A stretch of DNA of 63,174 nt, filler included, from Sphacelaria rigidula (taxonomy: Eukaryota), in assembly GCA_964200075.2 (NCBI GenBank). It is 10 parts of 10 records of this genome, joined end to end, with 100 filler letters (N's around TTAATTAATTAA, not from the genome) between each part and the next. Parts side by side here need not be neighbours in the genome. Positions count along the whole stretch, not along the records: positions 25,313 to 31,539 come from CAXNAA020021372.1; positions 31,640 to 37,866 come from CAXNAA020021373.1; 8 more parts are not named here. The stretch is one strand, 5' to 3'. Made by a program: the position numbers and the translations under genes. Numbering within the stretch: position 1 is the stretch's first letter; every line of letters starts with the position of its first letter. Below are positions 27,301 to 37,658 of the stretch, piece after piece. The notes under the pieces were generated by a model. That model was not told the origin of the DNA. It ran no database searches and saw only the letters and a list, made by a program, of their open reading frames with translations.

Positions 27301-28275
27301 GGGGAGGGGGCATGCAACGTGGCACACAACGAAACCTGTAAAAGAGAAAAGAGCAGCTGCCGATATTAGAAATCGCGATATATAGAGCCATCGGCCCGAT
27401 ACTACCATATGAACACACGAATAGAACAATATACCGTCGACAATCAGACGATGACGTTTAGAACGATACAGCGGAATCGAGCACACCTCAAAAAGATGAA
27501 AAAATGTAGCTTCACCGCATGAAATACTGTCTGTCGTGTTCAAAGCAAGCAGAACGCCACTTTGCCTGCGCCTGGGCATAAATTTGTAGGATCACGAGCA
27601 TGCAGCATCCCCGACGTGCAATTGTAGCCGGGCCGAGCTCAAAACCCTTCCCCAAGAAGGAAGTTTACCCTTCGATGCCGAGAACACTCGAATATCGTCC
27701 GAACTATTTGTTGCTAAAAATATGTTCCTGACCAAGACGCTTTTCAAGCGTTGTTAACATTGCCTCGGTTGTTGATACTGACAAAGGTATGCATGGCCCA
27801 AGCCTGGCGTAAACTATTTCGAGGTCATCACAGCCTCCGGGTGTTGGTGATCTAACGGCACATCCGACACCATTGGATCAAAATGATGCGGGTTGGATTT
27901 CCCGGCAGATTTCCTCACTCGCATTTTTTCTTCAAATACTGCAATTTCCGCAGTTCGAAGCGTGAGGACATGAGTAGCACACCGGGCATGTTTGGCGGAG
28001 CTTGTTTGGCGAGAGTTGACGCGGTGCGGGAGTGCTAGTCATGATCCAATCCGCGACATCAAAACTGAGACGTGTGCCGGGGGAGATGTGGGCTGATATT
28101 TCAAGACCACGGACTCGTGCCGAGAAAGGGGAAGGGTTCAAGATGTGAAAGGAATATACAATATCACGTGATGTCTGTCACTGATCACATTGAGGGCATT
28201 TAGTGAAGAAGAACCATGCCCCCAAGACATTGAGACTAGCAACCGCAAAATCGGCCCTCGCACTACAACACCTTA

Positions 28276-29640
28276 CTACTTTGTCCAAATAAGTGTGACA
28301 AAGCCTTGTAGGTTTTCCCCACCTTCAAGCTGCTTGGCATCTGATATGCGGCGTCGCTCGATTTCTTCCGATTCAGCACGGGGAAGTTGATCATGCTGAT
28401 CGCCGATGCTTTCATTGACCATCGAGTCACCTTTATCAACAACAACCTCGTCGATCGACGCTCTGTCCTTGGGGCCCGTTCCATCAGCCGGGAATTTCGT
28501 CAAGAAATTGCCGTCCAGGGTATCTCGTCCTTCTTCGTCGGTGGTGCAGCCAACGGTAGTAGTGTCGCCATGCTGATCGCCGATGCTTGTATTGCCCTTC
28601 GAGTCATCTTTATCAACAATGACCTCGTCCACCGACGCTCTGTCTCTGGAACCCGCGCCATCGGCCGGGAATTCTCTCAAGCAATTGCCGTCCACAATAT
28701 TTCGTTCTTCTTTGTCGGTGGTGCAGTCACCAGTAGTAAAGTCTTTCGCCTGCGCACCAATAGGTGCATGGGAATGGCCCTCAAAGGCGGTATCGTCCGA
28801 CTGAAGCTGTTGCCCTTTTCCGCCTCGGATGCCCTGCGAGTTCACGGGTGCTTCGATACGAGAGTGACCCTGCCCTGAATTAGACACCACAGACGACTTA
28901 CCGGTATCTTGCACGTTATCCATGGCAGCGTCCCCTGCTGCTCGCGAGGACTCTCGAATGTCAGCCTTTTCCCCCTCGTCGTTGGCAAGATTGTCACTGC
29001 TGTCATGCGCAACTTCAACAGATTGATCATGAGGGCGAAAGTCCGCGTTCTCTGTGCCGATCGGGTTCCCACCAACTTGCTCATCTGTAGGTGGTTGATG
29101 CGGGTTGTCGTCGTTGCTGTGATCGTGCACGCGCCCGTGGGCAGTATCCAACGCACCCGGAATGGCGTCGCCCGTTTGCATGACCCCGCCTGATGCTTCA
29201 TGTGCGTCTTGGTCCCGGCCCTCTTCGGCCATCCTATTTTCGCACTCCTTGTCGTGCCTGGCAGTACTGACCATTTCTTCACAGAGGCTGCAAGGTGTAA
29301 CGTCGTTGGTATCCGTCGCTGACATCGTAGCTGCAACACTGACATCGCGTTTGTCGGGGAGAGTTGTGGCGATTGCCTGCGTGTTTTGCGCCGCCGCACG
29401 CGTTGCTTCGCCCTTGGTGTTGTCGGCCAGGAGGAATTGTACAACCGCGACCATTTTTTCGGTATCCACCAATCCGAGATGACGATTGTGTAGCAGAGCT
29501 GTAGCGACTTCCATACTGTGCAGGGCGAATAGGACGTTTCGACAGGTTGCGTTCCATATCAGGTGAAAGGGGTGACGGTAGGCCGTGGGTGAGTGCACAC
29601 AAAATACCTGATCATCTTCAAGCGGTCCGTCATCATTAAC
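28276..29640 (-). CDS. Large exon of an unknown protein: short folded-looking N-terminal part, then an acidic low-complexity region with an internal ~58-aa duplication
   Basis: Open frame of 440+ aa, extendable to a TAG acceptor at 29641-29643. Duplicated segment CTTDxExRxxxDGNxLxxFPADGxGxxDRASxDEVxVDKxDSxxNxSIGDQH. No recognisable domain, and it could be a pseudogene. Confidence 0.55.
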   Translation of the reverse strand, partial: VNDDGPLEDDQVFCVHSPTAYRHPFHLIWNATCRNVLFALHSMEVATALLHNRHLGLVDTEKMVAVVQFLLADNTKGEATRAAAQNTQAIATTLPDKRDVSVAATMSATDTNDVTPCSLCEEMVSTARHDKECENRMAEEGRDQDAHEASGGVMQTGDAIPGALDTAHGRVHDHSNDDNPHQPPTDEQVGGNPIGTENADFRPHDQSVEVAHDSSDNLANDEGEKADIRESSRAAGDAAMDNVQDTGKSSVVSNSGQGHSRIEAPVNSQGIRGGKGQQLQSDDTAFEGHSHAPIGAQAKDFTTGDCTTDKEERNIVDGNCLREFPADGAGSRDRASVDEVIVDKDDSKGNTSIGDQHGDTTTVGCTTDEEGRDTLDGNFLTKFPADGTGPKDRASIDEVVVDKGDSMVNESIGDQHDQLPRAESEEIERRRISDAKQLEGGENLQGFVTLIWTK

Positions 29641-29665
29641 CTACACACCCGCCGAAGGTCGCAAG

Positions 29666-29876
29666 TGTAATGCGTGAGAGGACCGCGTGCTTAGGGGACA
29701 GAGCGGTAGTTTAAAACACCTCAGGATTGACATTTTTCAAAATCAATCGGGTCAGTCCCTGGAGGTACCACGCCCCTGACTGTAACCCTAACACTAAACC
29801 TGATCCTAACCCTAACCATAGGGATGTTTAAATTCCGATGCGGTCCTCTAAGCAGGCGGTCCTCTCACGCATTACA
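29666..29876. mobile_element. 211-bp MITE with TGT...ACA termini and internal telomere-like CCCTAA units
   Basis: Perfect 21-bp TIR TGTAATGCGTGAGAGGACCGC / GCGGTCCTCTCACGCATTACA. Flanks GCAAG / GCGAG match 4 of 5. Confidence 0.8.
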
Positions 29877-30389
29877 GCGAGAACAATCCATGATTTCCCC
29901 CCCCCCCGATATCCATCGGATACAGGGAAAGCGTGCCTTTCATCTCCTTGAATAGGGCGTAGGTGTGACATGAATCCCGATGAATAAATCTACTTCAATG
30001 GGACCCGAAACCGGATCGTATCTTTCCGTCGCCACATGCCGGGTGTTCACAGTGAGGGAGGTCTCAGTGGACTTCAAGTCAGTGGATTTGGTGTATGGTG
30101 AGCCGCTCCCATCCCAGCGATAGTGATACGTCGGTCGTTACCCATACTTCGCGCCGCATTCTGTTTGCGATTGTCCCACTGTTGTACTGTTTCTTGTTAC
30201 AATCCGTACGTACCTCCCTTATGGTTTACCCGGCTTCGGGTTTATTCGTTGAGGAATGAAAAACATGTGCAATAGAGCAAGAGAACCACGACCGTATTTC
30301 AAAAGAGAAACAAAACGTGAACTGTGCGAGGAGAAGGAATAGTTAAACACATGATGAAAAAAAAACTGTACTACCTGTATATTTATTCT

Positions 30390-31010
30390 ATTTTACAGGC
30401 TGGTTCAGATTGAATACCCAAAATTTATTCCCCGGCTGATGACGAACGCAATACCCAGCCAATATGCACAAGTGTGGTATCATTCTGACCACAATGAACA
30501 AAAAATAATGGTGATCTAGCCGTAGTTTATTCAAGGCTATAGCGGTGGCGCTGTGGGCAAAAGTATGTCTCGGCCGATCTGCGCCCTCCAAATTGCTCCG
30601 GAATTGAAAACACGAGTTCCAAGCCCTATTTCCAACGAATCTCCACACGGTTCAAATCGTAGTAACCGTCATCAGCCTGGGAATATACCGGGAGAAACAG
30701 AGTTGAAAACGGTTCCAACTGGATCGAGTTCCGCTCGAAACCGTAATGTTTCGGTGATGTGGAGCTTTGGCGTCGTCAAATTTCCACTCATGATATGTAC
30801 GAAAGACCCACGGAGCCTCGTGACGATTTCCTGTTTATCTGTTGCAGAACAGCTCAGATCATTCTCAAAGTAGGCAGTTTTGTAAGTATTGATGCTCCAA
30901 ATAAAAAAATTGCATTCTTGGCAATATTTGAAAGGTTTTCTCCGTTCTCTACCGGCTTCCGGGGGTGCCAGCATAAAGACCCCCGGAAGCCGGTAGAGAA
31001 CGCCTCAACA
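30390..31010 (-). repeat. Second copy of the hairpin-bearing dispersed repeat (see 2990-3590)
   Basis: Colinear similarity to 2990-3590. Perfect 24-bp stem at 30943-30966 / 30979-31002. Confidence 0.8.
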
Positions 31011-31701
31011 CCAAAGTTTTGATATCTTAGGGTTAGCGTTATCCCAAGGGACATTTATGTCACTTGTTATGACCTAACTCGAAAATCTGGAGTAGAACAG
31101 CGCGTGCAAGCCAAAAAAGAACAGGTAAAATCGTCATTTGATACTTTAATCAAGTGATTAGGGGCGCCGGCGGTCTTTTTTATACTTCGGCGCACGCTTT
31201 CGAATTTCCTCACGCCGTTATTTTGGGTTTGACCACGAACTTTTGCACACATGTTCTCGAGGGAATTATCTGAAACTCGAAGGATGGGCATTTTTGATCT
31301 TGTCGTTTGTTGACCGGTTATCCAGGGTTGCGGTTGACCAGGTTGACCGGGGGGGGAGGGGGTGCGAATCCCAGTTAGCTCGATCCCTGAACCAAAAGTA
31401 AAAAAAAAAAAAATCTCGAGTCTTAGATAATGCCTCCGAGAACATGTGTGCAAAATTTCGTGGTCTAAGGCCGGATGTTATGGCAAACAGATCTTTGGCC
31501 CACGGATTGTTCACTTTTATGACGTTTGACCCACCTTTTNNNNNNNNNNNNNNNNNNNNNNNNNNNNNNNNNNNNNNNNNNNNTTAATTAATTAANNNNN
31601 NNNNNNNNNNNNNNNNNNNNNNNNNNNNNNNNNNNNNNNGGAGTTGGGAGGGTGGGAAGCGGGGGGGGGGAGGGGGCGTGGCCGTGGGGGGGGGGGGGGG
31701 A

Positions 31702-31739
<38 letters not shown>

Positions 31740-31970
31740 TGGTGGCATCTGTGTGCACACGACTGACTACTCCGGTGCCGTGTGGTGGTTCTCAAATCAC
31801 CTGAGGTTAGTTTCCCGAGCATTTCTCGTTTTCTGCAAACATTCTCTATAAAATATTCGTATGAGATAGATCGTGAACGAGCTAATATTGGCAAAGCGAG
31901 AAGTGTGCTGTGTTTTCAGATAACACGCGAATCGCAGGTTGTCAGACAGACAATGTTGCACTATTTTTTG

Positions 31971-32186
31971 TGGGAGGGGGGCTGGTCGCCTTTGCATATA
32001 CACCGTTCGAGTGATTCAGATACCCAGTATTGCTGGATCTACGTAGAACCGGGGGTCGGGGTGACGTACGAGTACCGACAGTCAAGTGTGTGCAAATGTG
32101 GTACAGTACAGTTGAGAGCAGCGGGGCAGTCCGCCTCCCTTGTTCAATCTCATTTCATCTACCTCCATCACTTCAGCACTCTCCCA
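31971..32186 (+). repeat. Putative 5' LTR of the copia element
   Basis: Bounded by inverted TGGGAG...CTCCCA (TG...CA) about 90 nt upstream of the gag ATG. No second LTR is present to confirm it. Confidence 0.45.
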
Positions 32187-32278
32187 AGTTAGAGTAGAAC
32201 TTGGGTGCTCTTCACCTGAAAACCAGTACCCTGTGCCTGAGCCAAGGGATACACTAGTGATCAATCGATTGGGCAAGT

Positions 32279-35200
32279 ATGGCTAGAAACGATGGTAACG
32301 CTCCGTCTTCAGGAGAATGGTTGGACGGGCTAACGAATCAACTTGAAAGTATGATGAGTCTGTTCAGAGGTCAGTTTAGCACACTGACAGAGACGGGTAG
32401 AGATGTACAATCTACACAAACTGTAATACAGGGTAGGGTAGATGGCATCGAAGATCGAGAATCCGGAGGCGCGAGGTGGAGTGGCGTCGTCGAGAGCGAA
32501 GAAGATCAAGCAACACAACAACACCAGGCTGACAGCGCAGCCAACCACAGCACACCTCAAGGCCGAAGACGGAGCCAAGAGGGTGAGCAGGGAGCTCCGA
32601 GCGGCAGCGACCATAGGACAACAAGCGACGGAACAAGGGGTGCAGACCCCGCAAGTGAGTCAGTCGCAGTGTTCGGTCATGATCGACCGAGTGTCCAAAA
32701 TATTTCCGGGGTCCCGGTTTTCAAGGCAGCTGTACCTAAATTCTCTGGAAAGAGGTCAGAGTTCAACCACTACAGTCACGAACTGATCATGTTTGCAAGA
32801 AGTGAAGCAGTTGATTGGGTGGTCACTATGTCAGAAAATAAGGCATACGATGTGGAGGTGGGAAACAAGGCGTTATCCGTGAGTTTTCTTGAAGCAAGGC
32901 ACGGAAAGGGCATAGTAGCTGCAAACGTGAGAGCGAGGCAAATATTGGTGGCAAGTCTCGAACCTAAGCGGGACCGGGACACTTTGTTCCGAATCCCATC
33001 TCCGGCAGCCGTGTGGCGTGAGTTGAGTGATTTCTACAGCCCCAAGACCAACGGGGCTAGATTAGCTCTTCTAGAAAAGTATGATCACGTGAAGATTGGA
33101 GTTCGCGATGATCCTGTTCAAAAACTAATCGAGATGAAAGAGGTGGCGAGGGAGTTGCAATCACACGACAGCAACATCGTCCTGACGGAGGCGCAAACCC
33201 TCCTCAAATTTGTCAATGCGCTTCCTTGCGAGTATAACTACCAAAAACAGGCGTTGGAGGAGCGCGAAGGTCCACTCACGAGGGAAGTCGTAGTGACGTC
33301 GGTTCGAAAACGTTTCGAATCGTGACTTTTCAAGCAGGAACTCGCCAAGGGGAAGAAGGCTTCCCCGGGCGACCAGGCCCTTGCTGTCAAGGGCCATCCC
33401 GGCAAACCCAACGGCCCACACCGGAAAGGTAAGCCGGGAAAGACCCAAAACCCAGGTCGCACAGGTGACGGGGGGCAGGGCAAAAACAACCAGTCGCAGG
33501 CTTCATCGTCAGAGAACCAGTCGGGGGCTGCGACGCCGTGGAGGTGCCACGTTTGTCAGAAGATGACCACACATCGGGCGAGAGACTGTCCAGAAAGGCG
33601 TTGTGTCAGGTGCGGGAAGAGAGGACATAGTTTGATTGACTGTCAGAGTACTGTAGAGGACGCGGCGACTGTGGAGGACGCGGCGATTGTGATGGGTGTG
33701 GCGGAAGACGTGGTGGACGACGACTCCGTCTGCTCGGATGCCGGCGTTCACCAGCCTCGACATGACGATGGACGAGGTTAACCCAGGCGAGTATGCGTTT
33801 GCAACTGGGGGGGGGGATATGGTACAGTCAGATGGGGGCGAACCGTGGGTACTTGACACGGGGGCCACATAGCATTTTCCTCCAGATTCGAGTATGATGG
33901 ACGAATTATAGAAAATGCAGTGGAAGGGTATTACGGTGCGCGGGCGGTGGTACCTACCCGATCGTAGGAAGAGGTAACCTATCTCTGTCTTTACGATCTG
34001 ACGGATGCGATATAGTCTTACACTTGAAAACTGTAGACCATGCACCTTGCGTCCGTCACCATCTGTTGTCACTGACCAGGATGTCCAACGCGGGTCACAC
34101 CTACATTGGGTCTAGTGATGGATGCCGGGTTGAGTTGAAATCAGGCAATACCCTGAAGATCCCCGGTCAACACAGACAACTATTAATGTACGTCCACCGC
34201 ATTTCCCCAAATGGTCATGACAAGCATGCGTCAGCATGCGCTGTGATTGCCCCGGGGAAACTTCCCAACCCCCAAGTTGAAGACATAGATGATTTCCATT
34301 GCAAACACGCGCATGTTCACGAGGATCTGCTCCGGCGGACCGTAAAGCAGCTCGGAGTGGAGCTGAGGGGCGAGTTGAGACCGTGCCGAGGATGCTCGGA
34401 AGGAAAGGGACTTCGGCAGCCCATCCCAAGATCGACCCATTCACGAGCAGTTGAGCCAGCTTCCAGAGTGTTTGTTAATCTCACAGGCCCAAAACCAGTT
34501 AGATCTCGGGGGGGGAAGTCGTATATGATGATAGTACGAGATGATTGCTCGCGGCACACTAGATAGTTTTTTCTGCGCACAAAGGACGAGTCTGTACAGT
34601 ACTTCAGTAAATCGCAGAAATTCACCCGCGAAAAATCGAGAAGGTCCGCAGTGATGGTGGAGGTGAATTTTCGGAGGAGGCGTTCGAGGAGCTATGTGAT
34701 AGAGAGAAAATAAAACAAGAGAAAACAACTGCTGAATCCCCACAGTTCAACGGCGTAGCGGAGCGTGCAATTGGCATCATAGAGCCGGCCGGTCTTACAA
34801 CCAAAATTTAGGCATCGGAAATGTACCCGAATCAGAACATCCCAACTAGCAAAAATCTGTGGGCGGAACAGGCTAACTGGGCATGCCATGCTTTGAACTG
34901 TACTGCGACCTCGGCTAATCCGGGAAACAAGACGCCACACGAAATGTGGCACGGAGCACCATCGGAAAACAACCTCCTTCCTTTTCTAGAGCCAGGATTT
35001 TGTAGAGTTCAGAGAACAGAAAAGTTACAACGAAAAGCTCAGAGGTGCTGGTACCTTAGCCCAGCCCCAGGATAAACGCGCGATGCTATGAGAGTAATGA
35101 CGGAAACAGGACAAACCATTACGACCAGGCACGTAACATGGGTGTTTGTCCCCCCTACTCCTCTCCCTGCCCCACAGCAAGCGATGCCGACGCCCGACGG

Positions 35201-37658
35201 AGCGAGGGATGACAAGATCAAGGAAGGGACGGCCGGCAGCGAGTCCGCGGAACAGCAAACTCCGGCGGCACGTGATTCACCCCGCGGTTCACGGCACGTG
35301 TCGTTCTTGCTCCCCAACCCAGAGCTAGACGCAGAAGCGGCACAACAGACCCCCGCTTTTGGCGGGGGGGGTGAGAAGACCTCGCCGCTTCCTTCCAGAC
35401 GCGGGGGGGGGCGCGGGATTTCACGCAACCCTGTCCGACATCTCATTGATGACGGGGGACCAGCGCCCCCCACACCGCCGCCGATGCCGACAGAAACAAC
35501 GCCGCCGCCGCCACCGCCGACAGCAACATCGACGATGCCGACGCCGACAGAAACAATGCCGCCGCCAACGCCGACAGCAACATCGCCGCCGCCGACGCCG
35601 ACAGAAACAACGCCGCCGACAAGATCGACAACCGTAGACACCACCGAGCGCAACGACGGGGGGGGCGGTGGAGCTCCCGAAATCCCAAGGACGGGGCTAC
35701 GCCGTCTTGCACTCGACGACGATTTGTCTCTGCCTCCACAAATGGCAGGTTGCACGCGCAGTGCGACGAGAGCGGCAGCCGACCAAAACGAGCTAGCGTC
35801 GTCGGCAGAAACTGAACTGGACAGAATGATGGAAAGGGAAAGCAATAGGGTTTTCCCTCGCGGGCTGGGGCTGCGAGGCCAGGTGAGAGCTCAAGTGGAG
35901 ACTGTGCTATATGGAATGGCAGAGGATAAGTGCGAGGTGACGGAACCGATCACTGCAGCAGCTGGACCAGAGGTGGGAGGCAGCGCGGCCATGCTGATCG
36001 AAGAAACCTTCGCGGAGCAGGAGTACTTTTGTTTTTCAGCCGAAAACGGGACGGAGGAAGAGCCCAGTTTTGGTTTGCGTTCCCCCGTCGGTCTGCACGT
36101 GAGAGATGTGGAAACTCCCCCCGTAACAGTAGAAGACATAGAAAAGTCGGAATACAAGGAAATATGGTTGAGTGCCATGCGTGCAGAACTAAATGGGCAT
36201 GAAACCGCAGGTACATTCTCAAAAGGAGAAATTCCAAAAGAAGTAAACATAATCACAGCCAAATGGGTGTTCACTTGGAAAACCGACGCTAATGGTACTG
36301 TAACTAAAGCGAAAGCTAGATTAGTGGCGCGTGGGTTTGGTCAGAGATTCGCGGTGGATTATTTTGAGACGTTTGCAGCCACCCCGGCCATGACATCAAT
36401 AAAATTGGTCATGGCCGTGGCAGTACAGAGAGGATGGCCACTCCATCACTTCGACGTTACCCAGGCTTTTGTACGAGCCAAAATGGACACGAACGTGTTC
36501 ATGAAGCTCCCAGAAGGGTGTGGCCCCCTGACAGGTAATCCGGTCAGGCTGGAAAAATCTATATACGGAGTAAAACAAGCAGGAAGGCAATGGTCACTCC
36601 TCCTGAACAAAACACTGGTGGAGGACGTGAAAATGTCGCAAAGTAAGGCTGACCCGTGTGTGTACAGACTGGAGGGAAATGGGGAAGTGTGTGTAATACT
36701 TGTTGTGCACGTGGATGACATTCTAATCGGGGGAGAAACGAAAAGCGTGGAGACGGTATGTAATATCCTCAACAACAGATTCCCGACGAACAACTTGGGT
36801 GAAGCCCAGTGGTATATGGGGTGTGGCATAGAGAAGAATTGGAAAAGAGGTACCATGTTCGTGAACCAGACGACTTTTGTCGACACCATGCTGAAGCGCT
36901 TTGAGGTTACAGAATTCTCTGATATCCCCGCATCAGTGTCGGCAGATTTGGGATCGGTTAAGCAAGGTGATAAGGTTTTTGATAGACCATATCGGAGTGC
37001 CGTGGGCGGTTTGATGTGGTTAGCTGGGGTAACCAGGCCTGACATAGCTAACGCGGCCCGAGACTTGGCCCGACAATCACATGACTCATGTGAGAGACAC
37101 TGGCGAGGGGTGTTCAAAGTTCTGGCATACCTTAATACGACCAGGAACTACGGTCTTACTTTCAGTTCAGGAGAGAGTAGGCTCACAGTTTATTGTGATG
37201 CAGATTACGCCAAGAAAGATACAGACCGGCGGTCAGTTTTCCGGTGATGCAGTTTCCGGTCAAGTACTAGTCGAACGCAACACTGCGTGACTCTGTCAAC
37301 CACCGAGGCCGAGTACGTAGCTATGGCGGAAGGGGCGAAGGAATGCATGTTTGTCAGGTCGGTACTGTCTTTCCTACGACCGAAGATCGCGTTGGGACGA
37401 CAAGTAGAATACGATATTGTTCTCTATGAAGACAATGAGGGGGCTAAGGCCCTAGCCGACAACCGCCTCAGCTCAGGTCGAAGTAAGCAAATCGACGTGA
37501 GGTGGCATTTTATTAGAGACCTGGTTAGGACGGGAGCAGTAAGGACTGTTCATGTGGATTCGGAGTGGCAACACGCCGATAGTCTTACAAAGCCGCTCCC
37601 ATTCACGCTGTTCAACAGGCACCGTCGCGCCTTGATGAACACTGGGGACAGCGAGTAG
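32279..37658 (+). pseudogene. Disrupted copia gag-pol polyprotein
   Basis: ORF pieces 32279-33325, 33563-33781, 34024-34566, 34821-35075, 35088-37247 and 37287-37658 carry successive domains. Confidence 0.93.
35470..35630 (+). repeat. In-frame Pro/Thr minisatellite (PPPTPTET-like) in the integrase-RT linker
   Basis: Tandem variants of CCGCCGCCGACGCCGACAG(A/C)AACA within the 35088-37247 ORF. Confidence 0.85.

Noticed and set aside
33323..33328. Programmed stop-codon readthrough (TGA-C) within copia gag
   Set aside because: The stop lies before the zinc knuckles and the element has many other stops and frameshifts. Ordinary decay is the simpler explanation.
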